Shown here: positions 50,216 to 61,292 of the stretch, piece by piece | Layout of the letters: every line of letters starts with the position of its first letter | Position numbering within the stretch: the first letter of the stretch is position 1 | Assembly: GCA_011109175.1 (NCBI GenBank) | Contig: RDEW01000027.1 | Coordinates: 515,399 to 579,398, forward strand | From: Dicyema japonicum | Lineage: Eukaryota > Animalia > Dicyemida | Direction: 5' to 3' | DNA length: 64,000 bases | Translations under genes and position numbers: made by a program | The notes under the pieces: generated by a model | Database searches by the model: none | The model's input: only the letters and a program-made list of their open reading frames with translations | Told to the model about the DNA's origin: nothing

Positions 50216-51665
50216 AGTTAGTGTGACTATTAGATAACTTTGTTATATCCAACTTAAAGTTTTTTTATCACCAGCTTGTACCTCACTGTCTTTATTGATG
50301 TCATTGTTGCTAGATCCGCTCTTTAAGCTTAATATCATAGTGTTGATTTTGTTTATACGAGACAGCAATACTCCCAAAGATATAAGGACGTTGTTCACTA
50401 CCAACTACTGGTGGAAACTAGCAATTGTCATAATGTTGGGCAAACCAGGAAAACCGAATAAAAATCCGAGTAGTTATCATCCCATAAGTCTGATCTGCAC
50501 TATGGCAACATGGAGCGGGTAGTACACAAGTGACTGTCCTATATTGTTAAAATGAAGGAAGGATTTTCTGTCGGGACGAAATTCAACATTTACATGGCTG
50601 ATATTCCACTACCGAGGACATCGAATATGGAAATTCTAAGAAGAAATCAGCAAATGGTGTGTCTTTAAGGGTTTGATCATTTCATCTGAAAACAAACACT
50701 CTGCCGATCTCTAACTTTCGAATATTCGATCGATAGAGCTGAGCTTTGAGGAGCATAAAACATCGCTAACTATCTTGAAGTGTTAATTGAATGGTAAAAG
50801 GAATTTATGTAAGACTTAACTGTTATAAGGAAGAGACCCTTCCATGTTCTATTGTGGATGAGATAGTTGAAAATTAAAAAGAGGTTTTCCTCATCTTGTT
50901 CGACCGCGTCATTGTCTCGTCGTTTGTTTACGTATGAAGATCTAAGAAAAACCAGATAATATCGCAGTTAGAAAAAACAAGAAGTGCAGGTATCAAGCTT
51001 GTGCTAAGACAAAGATGAATAAGATACTCAGCACTAAAGAAAACGGCCTGATAGAGGAAATGAAAACAGTGATACAGGACAAAATGACTAATTTATAAAA
51101 AAGAGTCACATTAAAGACTTGTGTATTAGACTTCAAGATCTGTAAAAATGGACACTGGTTGAATAAAATAAGCAACATGTTAAGACTTGTGGTAACTAGC
51201 CATCACCATTAACTGACCCCTTTGTTAACCCTTGGTTAACTATACTTAATAACAATAAATAAAACTACAAATATTTCCTCGAAGAGATCCAGAAAGAAGA
51301 GACCAGCCTTGTGGGTTCGTTGCGACAAACCGCCGAGAATAGAAATGAGTTCTCTTAAGAAAACACTGATCTCTAACTCCTACAGGAAGAATACCCGAGG
51401 AATTGGATACCAATGAGCAGTCCAATTTGCAAAGTAGGACCATGAAGTAAGGTTCCATGTCTTAGTTTTTTCTCATGTCTTGCCTTTAATGCTGAATGAC
51501 TTGAAAAACGTCTTCCTTTGGATTTTAGCACAGAATACTGATACATATGAGCATCAGCTTATAATCTCACCATTTTGAGGCACAGAAAAAACTGGTAACA
51601 AAAAATTTGATAATAATCTTTTGCTTCTAACAACGACTCATATTTTATTTAAACTTATTTTGACC

Positions 51666-52313
51666 TCAATTTGTCAAATAAAAATTGATTAGAGATTCAA
51701 CCAAGTCAATACTTAGACTCTCAGATTCATTACGGACCACAAAATCCCACTCGGCGTAATTATCCAACCCGCATTCGGATTCAGCGTCGTCAATGCCTCC
51801 AATCAAGCTAAAATGTTACCATGAACAAATTCCCAGCCACGAGAAATGCGAACCTCCTCCGAAGCCTCAATTCTCACAGTCTTAACCTTACTATCTCCAA
51901 AGTAATCCTTGAAAAATAAAATATCCGATTTCTCCGCGAATCCGTGATAATCCAAACTGGATATTTACTTTGACTGCCTCCCATAAATTAACCGAGTACT
52001 ATTTAGAAGCTGTCTAGCGAAATATCCTGGATCCTTATTTCTCATATTTTCACCCCACGTGATCATTTCCCGTCTGTACTTTTCCTTATAAACGGAAGAA
52101 GTCAGGAGTTCATTAAAATCAAGGTTATTAATCTGAGTGAGGTGAAAATAATACTAGCGAATATTCTTCCTTGAGGGGAGCCGACAGTCTCATAATTGCA
52201 CAGGGATATCTGCTATTTAATGTATTTTACTTATTTTGTAGCAATCCGGCTATGTGGTCTTTTCCTGATTTTCTTTTTCCACTCAGCATAATTATTACTT
52301 TAACGTGGTCCAT
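51666..52313 (-). CDS. PMVK: Phosphomevalonate kinase (animal type)
   Basis: LSGKRKSGKD, RLSAPLKEEY, YKEKYRREMITWGE, DPGYF, WIITDSRR, RGWEFVHGIDDAESECGLD; introns of 18 or 21, 22, 19 and 23 nt; one missing base at about 51930; absent from the ORF track because of the micro-introns. Confidence 0.93.
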
Positions 52314-52469
52314 TTGACTGCAATGTTGTGAAAATAGAAATGACACGTCAACAGTTATTTTTCAAATTCAAAAAACAATATTTTGATGTTTATTTATAAG
52401 AATATTTTTGTAGCTTTTAAAAAACTATGTGTTAAAATTACCTGATTTATAAATTTTATTGAATACCAA

Positions 52470-53745
52470 GGTCTGAAGATTATCCCTCATTGCTTTAAAC
52501 CGAATAAAGGAGAGGGTGAACATATTTCTTTCGGACGGCCAAAGTGGATTCCGGACGGGCAGGTCCACGGCTGACGTGGTATGGGGGCACAGGTGGTATT
52601 GTGCCCTGTGCCAAAAATACAAAAAATCTATTGAGATACTTGGTATCGACATGTCCCGTGCGTTCGACTCGGTGGACCGTGGAAAACTTATGGAAGTGTT
52701 GGAGAGTTTTCTACTGCCTGACGATGTCAAAATAATACACTTACTCATGCGGAACACTCAACTTGCCGTCAAAATTGGTGACTCTACCTCTAACTTTTTT
52801 TCGACCTCACGTGGAGTTCCACAGGGGGACTCACTATCCCCGGTCCTCTTTATTGTCTACCTTGAGGCCGCACTAAGAGAGTTCAGACCCCTGGTTGGCA
52901 ACAATTATAACGAGATAATCTACGCGGACGACCTGGACTTTGTTTCTGAGGATATTCAAGTACTTCAACACATGCTTAACGTTCTTCCACACGTATTCTC
53001 GAAATGGTTCTTAACCGTTAACACCGATAAAACAGAGTTCACAACACTTACACGCAATGATCGAAGATCGGACGAGTCTTGGAGAAAGCAAAAGAAGGTG
53101 GGTTCGCTTCTCGGGGACTCAGAAGATGTTTCTCGGAGGAAAATCCTCGCAATGTGTGCACTAAAGAAAGTATCGAATATGTGGGGTCATAAGAAGAGGA
53201 TGGGATTAAACACCAAACTCAGAATATATAAGGCTTTTGTCATCCCCGTCCTGACCTACAATTCAGGCACTTGGGGAATCTCTAAACAAGAGATGGACCG
53301 TCTTGACGCTTTCCACAGGACACAATTGAAATCAGTAATCAAGATCAAGTGGCCTAAGAAGATCTCAAACAATGACCTCTACTCGAAGTGCAAATCTGGT
53401 ATACTATCCGAGGAGATCTTCAGATCAAGATGGAGTCTCTTTGGACATATCTTACGTCTAAATGCTCAAGTACCCGCGAATATCGCCATGGAAAACTACC
53501 TAATGCATACGGGAGCCGGTTTCCGTGGAAGACCAAGAGTCACACTCCCAACTATTTTGAATGGAGACCTGTCGGCTGTGGGACTGAAGCTCACTTCCGC
53601 AGACGACCTAGATACCTTAAGGGAACTGGCACGAAGTAGAGGGTCCTGGAAAAGGCTGATAGAGAGGATGGCTAGAAATACGGCACAAGGGAGGCTTGAT
53701 TAATTTTATGACTTCTCGGGAGTGCTTTAAAATAAATAATAAATA
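52470..53745 (+). mobile_element. Young 5'-truncated RTE LINE copy matching 21261-22520, with 5' micro-inversion and 12-bp TSD
   Basis: ORF 52516-53703 translates identically to the C-terminal part of ORF 20086-22485; ATTGAATACCAA at 52458-52469 and 53746-53757; aggtctgaag is the reverse complement of 21222-21231. Confidence 0.95.
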
Positions 53746-53779
53746 ATTGAATACCAAAAGACAATGTGTATCAATTATA

Positions 53780-53950
53780 GTTATTATTATGCACAACAAC
53801 AAGAAAGTTAATCCATTGACGTCGCTTGTGCCGCACCACGGATACTCTTTGCAGTCAGACGCCTCCACGCTCCTCTTGAGATTGCGATTTTTTTGGAGGT
53901 CGTCTAAGTCGTCAGCATTTTCCAATGGAAACGTGTTGAAAGAGGGCTCC
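53780..53950 (-). pseudogene. 3' fragment of a different RTE subfamily
   Basis: ENADDLDDLQK....RGAWRRL (frameshifted) plus taa tail. Confidence 0.65.
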
Positions 53951-53959
53951 AAAGCTTTT

Positions 53960-55510
53960 CCCTCTTGTCAAATTGTCTTACGGAGAAGATACGTCTCTGG
54001 TTTTTGATGATGAAATCATTAAATCAAAAACGGGGATCCAGCAAGGAGATCCGCTTGGACCTCTCTTATTTGCCCTGACAATTGATGATGTTGTGAGATC
54101 AATTGACACACAACTAAATCTCTGGTATCTCGATGATGCCACAATTGGAGGATTATTCAAGGAAACATACAATTCATTCCGTAAAGCGTTACCAGCTTTA
54201 AAACACCTGGGCTTGGACATTAATGTTAACAAATCAGAGCCAATAAATGTCTCATATATAAACATTGACTTTCTCCCTATCAAGGAGTCTTTTAACGAAC
54301 TGTTTCTTAGAATCCCGACTGTGCCAGTTGATAAATTATATTTCCTCGGATGCACACTCAGCCAAGAAGAACCCAATAACCATCTACTTTCCAAAAATGA
54401 AGAACTAACACGCCTGCGAAAAGATTGTCATGTCTCGATCATCACACATCCTTCTTCCTGATGAGAAACAACATCGGACTACGCAAGCTTTTATATCTAC
54501 TCCGATGTTCACCCTGCTACGAACAATACGACACTCTACTTTCGATAGACAAATCTTTCAAACAAACTGTAAAGTCACTAATTAATGTCCGTGTCGACGA
54601 ACTTGGTTGGAAACAATGTAAGCTTCCCTCTGGATTTGGGGTGTCGGTCTAAGATCGGCACTGGAGGTTACGTACCCGGCATATCTATCGTCTCTCTCAA
54701 GCTGCAGCCATTTGACACGGCAAGTCTTCATAACACTATTGGACTTCGCTGGAATGAGTCATTTGACGAAGCTTATCGGAAATGGAACGGGTCCGGACTC
54801 AAAATCCCCAAAGACACAACGAAGCAACTGAATTGGGATAACATTGTCTGCTCCAAAATTTTGGAAGACCTTAAAAAAAAGCAAATCAACATCGTCTGAC
54901 CTGTTTGGTATCAGCTTCAAGTGTAGGGAGTGGAGCATGGCTTAATGCAATACCTTGCACAAACCTAGGGATTCTTTTGAACGACGATTCTTTGAGGATT
55001 GGAATTGGACAAAGACTATGACTAGACGTTTGTCAGGAGTACCGATGCCGCTGCGGGAAAATAGTCGATGCAAAGGGATTCCACCCGCTGTCCTCCAAAA
55101 GAAGCGCCAGAAAAGGACCACGTCACGCTGCTCTGAACAATGTGATCGTCCGAGCTCTGAAGGCTACAGGCTTCCCACCAAAGCTTGAACCAGTGGATCT
55201 TGATCGAGGAGATGGAAAGAGACTCAACGGAATGACTCTTTTCCCTTACACATCCGGAAGATCTTTGATATGGGAAGCAACTTGTGTTGACACATTTTCA
55301 AGCACGAACCTTTTCAAATCAGTTTAGACACCTGGATCATTTGCTTCAACTGTGGAAAACCTAAAAGTCAAGAAATATTCTTGCCTCGGGGACCGGTACA
55401 GATTTACTTCTGTTGCGGTCGAGTCATCAGGAGCCGTTGGTCTAATGACGGCTGAGTTCTTAAGCGAACTAGGAGGAATGGTTCCAAAAGAAAAGGGATC
55501 AACGAAGAGT
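53960..55510 (+). mobile_element. Longest CRE-like copy: RT core, CCHC knuckle and restriction-like endonuclease; frameshifted
   Basis: GIQQGDPLGPLLF, WYLDDATIG, GAWLNAIPC, LEPVDLDRGDGKR.NGMTLFPY..LIWEATCVDTF, KKYSCL..FTSVAVESSG. Confidence 0.85.
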
Positions 55511-55565
55511 CTTCAAAAACAAAATCAATTTTTCTTTGTATATTAGTTCAGTCTTAATTATACAG

Positions 55566-55892
55566 TCATTTATCGCTGTTTCTAAATAAATAGTATTGGT
55601 GATAATGTGTCTCCTTACGAGTCACTTGAGGTTTTTGTGAGGGTGTAGATTTCAAGTTACCAATTTTGAAAGTCATGCGGGTATCGTTAAGTAGAATTCG
55701 AATAAGACGTGTCTCGTCAGGATCCACAGAGCTTTTGACAACTTTTAACAATTTATTTCTGTTTAGTGTCGAGGGAACGAGAAAGATCAATTCCCAGGAC
55801 ATGAATAAAAGTTTTATACTTCTAACACACGACAGTGAACCACCTATGTGCCCATAGTATATCTGTGGTATATCTTCAGTTTCGAAATTCAT
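55566..55892 (-). pseudogene. Degenerate RTE RT fragment
   Basis: RNKLLKVV...DPDETRLIRILLNDTRMTFKIG aligns with RGKLMEVL..PDDVKIIHLLMRNTQLAVKIG. Confidence 0.6.
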
Positions 55893-56399
55893 TAGAGATA
55901 GAAATTTATTAACTTTATCCTTATTCTGATCAGGAATGGTGTCTTAGTAGAATACTTAATTGAAGGTTGTTTAACGGACCTTTTGTGTTACCAGGTTTCT
56001 GTATTGAGATTAAGGTTCCTTCTCCTGGGAAACATCTTCTCAGGGACTGCTGATTTTTCATTTGATGGGTTTTTTTCAATCGGAAATATTAAAGATTCTG
56101 ATGCCTGGATTCTTAATCCATTCGCTTTCAAAATAGAAAAGATAGAGGATAGAAAAGAGATTAAAGACAATTTGATTGAAGTGCAATAATCTACATCACT
56201 GAAAATGTTGTACGACTCAAATTCTTTGAAGGTTTTTTGGTGCGGATTGCAATTTGGTTTTCTGACCCTTGCAAAAAAAAGCACTGGAAGTCCTGGTTCC
56301 ATTTGCAACAACCTGGCTATGTGAATCTGAAATTTCATCTCTACTATATATAAAAAAAGTACCGAACGCTCTAATCCCTGAAAACGATCTCAGAATTGC

Positions 56400-56830
56400 A
56401 TTAGAACAAAATGAACCAAAAATCTTTATGAAGAACGTTACTATTCCTATTAACAAAACACCAAAGATTATGGGAGTAACCTTGGATCAGGGACTCAGCT
56501 TTATCCGACATATTGAAAACATAGTAACTTCTGCTTTGAGGAGAATTTTAAAAGTACTCTCAGAAACACTTAGAAACCAAATTGGTGGCTTTGCCACGAT
56601 TTATAAACAATTTATCCGACCAACGATGACGTATGCAAGTCCTTCAAGGGAAATGCAGATTTCACGCATCTCGTCATTGAACTAACCGCAATCCAGGAGA
56701 CCGCAATAAGGATAATTGGACCAGAACACAAGATCCAGCCCATTGAAAATCTCTTAATCGAATTACAACGGAAACTTTTAAAGGAGGCTAGTTTACCGAC
56801 CTGCCCTCTATTCCATACACTATAGAAATA
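56400..56830 (+). pseudogene. Degenerate I/Jockey-group LINE thumb region
   Basis: PKIMGVTLDQGLSF..HI and IYKQFIRPTMTYASP. Confidence 0.6.
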
Positions 56831-57599
56831 TCTACAACCATACAGAAATTTTGAGCCGATGCCATGTACAATGAGAAGAGCTGTTCAGGATTCTCGACTC
56901 CACCGGACTCGTCCTCTCCCTTGTCGGTCTGGGATCACTTAGTTAGTTGAGAACATTTTATTTCTTTTCTTTGACCCAGTGATCCTGGAGGTAATAGACG
57001 AATCCTCTCCCTGGTTTCCTATGATTGAATCTGTAGACAGCAATTTTTTTTCCTTCGTAATGTATTGGCTGAGAGAGAAGGCTTCTTCGTGAAATGGATT
57101 GACTTCTAATAAAATCCTGCCTAAGTAGAGCACATGATGACGTTTTAGCAGAACGAGAGAAGACAGGGAACAGAAGAAAAAAGGAGAAGTCTTTGACATA
57201 TCTGAAGCACTTATAATCGTGACTTAAGTCGTTATTGAGAATGGATTATGCTAGTATCGTAAATTACTGACCACTTGGTTAGAGCGGCGATTTTAGCAAA
57301 CGTAAGGCATGACGATGACGTCATGTCGTTTGCTCCGTAAGGAGTTTTTGTATTAACATAGGATTGTTTAAATTCACTAAATTATTCAGGTTCTATATAA
57401 GTGGATTCTCCTGGCGTCTCCCGGCGGGTTCTTGAACAACATCAGATACTTCGCGTTCAGATCTTAACATAACAAGTTATTGATATGGTCGATATCTGGG
57501 GCTGAGAAACTGAACCCTTTGGATCATAATTGGGAGGGAGTTCATAGATGTTCAATACGGTGAGGAAGCCAATGATGTTAAAATTGAAATTGTGATGTA

Positions 57600-57950
57600 C
57601 TCAATGGGAGAAGGAAAATGGACATGTATTGCTTCCGTTAAAAAATTTCCTTCTTGATAAATGTAATGACTCCACTAGGGTGGCGAGAAGGGCAGTCACG
57701 TCTGATAATGTTATAGATATAAGCATTCCCGTGACGTCTTCTAGCCTGGATACCCACCGAGTCCTCGGTCGACCAGGTTTTTCCTTCCCAGTAATGTTGT
57801 TCAGCATAATGATCCTTTCCAGGGAATCAGAAAGGACAACATGCCCAAAGAACGCCAATCTGTCTGTTTTAAATTCTTCCTTCTAGCGAAATGTCCGTCT
57901 CCACCCATTTGAGTACATCGATGTTTGTTATTTATTGTCGTATGTCATAA
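57600..57950 (-). pseudogene. Degenerate RTE-type 3' region
   Basis: LAFFGHVV....LERIIM...ITGKEKPGRPRTRW. Confidence 0.6.
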
Positions 57951-58295
57951 GAACCCGGGGCGTTGATACTGTCCGGGTTGAAGAGACAAATTTATCACTT
58001 GAAAACATTAACAACCACTAAGTTTTGTCTCAAAAGAAACAAAATAGAGATAAGTTAAATCCCCAAGAAAAAATAGAAAAGTAAAATCCCGGAATAAAGT
58101 AGAGATGTTAAATCCCCAAGGAAAAGAACCGAGATATAGGTTACTTATCCGAGAGAGAGAGACAAATTTTATTTTCTAACAAAACCCAAAAACTAATTTC
58201 TGTTAAGAAACCAAAACCTGAACCAAAACTAATTAAGTGGGTTTGTATTCATCGTGTAGGGTCATTTTATGAGACACCACATGTCTCTACTTCGT

Positions 58296-59350
58296 GTCCA
58301 TTCAAAATGGCCTCCAATTAATTTTTTCAGGTTTTGGATAAGTTCATCAATAAACATCACGAGATTTTAGCGAAACGACATCTTTAGGTAAAAAAGTCAT
58401 CTTTTTTAAATCTTATAAAAATTGATTTTACCAAGGTCCTCGACATCTTTAGGTAAAAAAGTCATCTTTTTTAAATCTTATAAAAATTGATTTTGCCAAG
58501 GTCCTCGACATCTTTAGGTAAAAAAGTCATCTTTTTAAATCTTATAAAAATTAATTTTAACGGGTCCTATGGGTAAGTGGAACATTTTGCCAAGGTCCTC
58601 GACATATTTAGGTAAAAAAGTCATCTTTTGTAAATCTTATAAAAATTTATTTTAACGGGTCCTATGGGTAAGTGGAACATTTTGCCAAGGTCCTCGACAT
58701 ATTTAGGTAAAAAAGTCATCTTTTGAAATCTTATAAAAATTGATTTTAACGGGTCCTATGGGAAGTAAGTGGAACATTTTACCAAGGTCCATATCTCAAT
58801 TGGAGGCTGGCACAAACGTTTTTTAGATGTACATTTGGACACTAAATAAGATTCCAAAAATTTTGTTGAGAAATTGATAAAAGAAGAAAGCATAATGATA
58901 AAATTCTTAAAGATTACGAAATGGAGAAAAAATTCAAGAAAAACTAAATATATCGGCTTTATCTGAGAATACATTGAAATTTGTTTAAGAACAAATGTTA
59001 CTTAACTTGGATCCGATAGAATATATATTCAATTTAGTTGAATATATATTCTATTACATTTATAATTATTTTCTATTTTTCCTTTTGAAAATAAATCTTT
59101 CATTTTAAATTAAATAAAAATATTTTAAAAATAAATGTTTACCTAAAGATGTCGAGGACCTTGGTAAATTGTTTCCACTTACCCATAGACCTGTTAAAAT
59201 CAATTTTATAAGATTTCAAAAAGATGACTTTTTCACCTAAAGATGTCGAGGACCTTGATAAAATATCTCGTGATGTCTATTGATGAACGTATTCAAAACC
59301 TGAGAAATTTTATTGGAGGCCATTTTGAAAGAGCCATTTTGAATGGGAAC
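58296..59350. mobile_element. Non-autonomous foldback/MULE-like DNA transposon with long repeat-containing TIRs and 11-bp TSD
   Basis: Left arm ccattcaaaatggcctccaat..catcacgag..gacatctttaggtaaaaaagtcatc is inverted at 59120-59350; tandem subunits of 65, 65, 94 and 95 bp; CTCTACTTCGT at 58285-58295 and 59351-59361. Confidence 0.85.
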
Positions 59351-59380
59351 CTCTACTTCGTTTGGACCCCAAAAATTACA

Positions 59381-60570
59381 TCACATTTTCCATAAGTGAT
59401 GTAATAATTTTTCTATCTTTCTGACTTTCAGGTCGTAATCCTCTTCGATATTGGATTTTAAGTCCAGTCCATATGCCAATTTAATCGCAAATCTTCTGGA
59501 CTTTTCCAATTTTTTGACAAAGACATCACTTTCTTTTGTTCTAAACCATCCTTGATAACCATATATCAAGAAAGGTTCAACACACGCCGAATACACAAAA
59601 AGAAAAGTTTCAGGCTCCAAATGAAATCGAATTAAAGATTTCAACATTCCTGTAGCTTTCTTTCTTCGTGTTTTAATATGTTCCTTGAAAGATCCTCTTC
59701 GGTCTATCAACAATCCGAGATACTTCAATGTTTCAGAGATTTTTATATCCCCAGTATTCACACATTGATTAATATTTTTTCTTTTACTTGCAATCCAAGT
59801 GACTGTTGTTTTTTCCCTCGATAGAGTCAACCCATTGTTTTGGCACCACTTTCCAATCTTAGTAATATGGGATTCCACCCTTTTCCATGAAATTTGTTTA
59901 TTCATGCTTGAATCAAGCACAAGAATGTCATCAGCATAAATAATCATTTGACTATTTACGCTCTCTGTTTTCGGCAAATCTCTCATTACGCAATTGAAGA
60001 GTAGCGGGCTGAGAATTGAACCCTGTGGAACTCCTCTTCGCAATTCAATTTTCTTTGAAATTAAATTTCCAACACGTATATATGACTTTCTTTTTGAAAG
60101 AAAGTTTTCTATCCATAATAACGCAGTTTTCCCAATTTCTGCTTTTGACAACGTATCAACAAGTCCAAAGTGCCAAACACTGTCAAACGCTTTTGTTATA
60201 TCCAAACATGCTATTGTAAGAAATTCCTTTTTATTTCGTGAAATTTCGATTGCAGATCTTAGCTCTTTAAAACAATCTCCAGTCCCTTTTTTATGCCGAA
60301 ATCCCAGTTGATTATCAGAGAGAAAATTATTATCCTCAACATGCCTTGATAGACGATTGAAAACAATTTTTTCCATAACTTTCGATATTGAGCAGACTAG
60401 GCTAATTGGCCTATAACTATCTGCTTTTGACCTTGACTTTCCTTTTTTCACAACCATGCGTACAATTGTTCGTTTCCAATAAGCTGGAACATGACCAAAA
60501 CTCCAAGAAGAATTATATAATATTTTTAGGCACTCAATAAAATTGGGCCTGCGTTCTTGAAAATACTCAT
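59381..60570 (-). mobile_element. I/Jockey-group LINE reverse transcriptase (open frame of at least 358 aa)
   Basis: YRPISLVCSISKVMEK, QLGFR, LDITKAFDSVWH, GVPQGSILSPLLF, YADD, KYLGL. Confidence 0.9.
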
Positions 60571-60628
60571 TGGGGATAAACTAATGAGCCATTAAAATGG
60601 AAAGAGAATATAAATAAAAAAAATGAAA

Positions 60629-60884
60629 ATTTTCGACCCTTTTCTCGTTAATCGCTTTATTGACTCAAAATAAATTTTTTTGTTTTTTCGAGTGAACAAG
60701 GGACCGATCCTTCGACCTTTTCTATTTTCGACCCTTTTCTCGTTTAATCGCTTATTGACTCAAAATAAAATTTTTTGTTTTGAGTGAACAAGGACCAATC
60801 CTTCGACCTCTTCTATTTTCGACCCTTTTCTCGTTTAATCGCTTTATTGACTCAAAATAAAATTTTTTTGTTTGAGTGAACAAG
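60629..60884. repeat. Tandem repeat, unit about 91-95 bp, about 2.7 copies
   Basis: tttcgacccttttctcgt..tgactcaaaataaa..gagtgaacaag recurs at 60631, 60726 and 60817. Confidence 0.9.
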
Positions 60885-60984
60885 GGTAGATATCCCACAC
60901 ATCTGATTTATGTTGAACCAACTGCCGGCCATTCGTATGTCTCGAACTCTGTGATCTCCTATTCTCCTGGTTTTGTTTCCGAGA

Positions 60985-61060
60985 TATATTTGACTTCAGT
61001 TTCTCTTTGCATTTGTATGCGAAGTGTCCAATTTGTTGACAGTTGAACATGTCGTCGGCC
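60985..61060 (-). pseudogene. Gag/ORF1-type CCHC zinc knuckle remnant
   Basis: (C)FNCQQIGHFAYKC; the first Cys needs a 1-nt correction. Confidence 0.55.
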
Positions 61061-61204
61061 TCTTCACGATTATTGCTTTTGTTATTTCATTGTCCGACGT
61101 CGAATTTCCATATTAAACACTATGTAGTTTGTACGAAGTTCTATTAAAAAATCCATTGCTGGTTGAGTAATTTTTTGTTTATAATCTTTCGTTTATCAAG
61201 TTTG

Positions 61205-61292
61205 TTAATAAATAAAATTATTCCAAAGACCAAGAGAAAAACAAAACTAACTCTCTCCTTGATCCTGACTTGTTCCAGTAATTCCAGAACTC
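61205..61292 (-). repeat. Dispersed repeat family R5 copy
   Basis: Homologous to 45655-45745. Confidence 0.65.

Noticed and set aside
7750-52313. Non-standard (ciliate-type) genetic code suggested by the tiny introns
   Set aside because: Recognised genes end at TAA or TGA and contain no in-frame stops once introns and single indels are resolved; the gene set is animal-like.
58376-58790. CRISPR-like array (also 60629-60884 and 63115-63348)
   Set aside because: Units are contiguous near-identical tandem copies with no unique spacers, there are no cas genes, and the context is eukaryotic.
59020-59052. Perfect AT hairpin gaatatatattcaa..ttgaatatatattc
   Set aside because: Low-complexity AT sequence inside the foldback spacer; no independent evidence of function.
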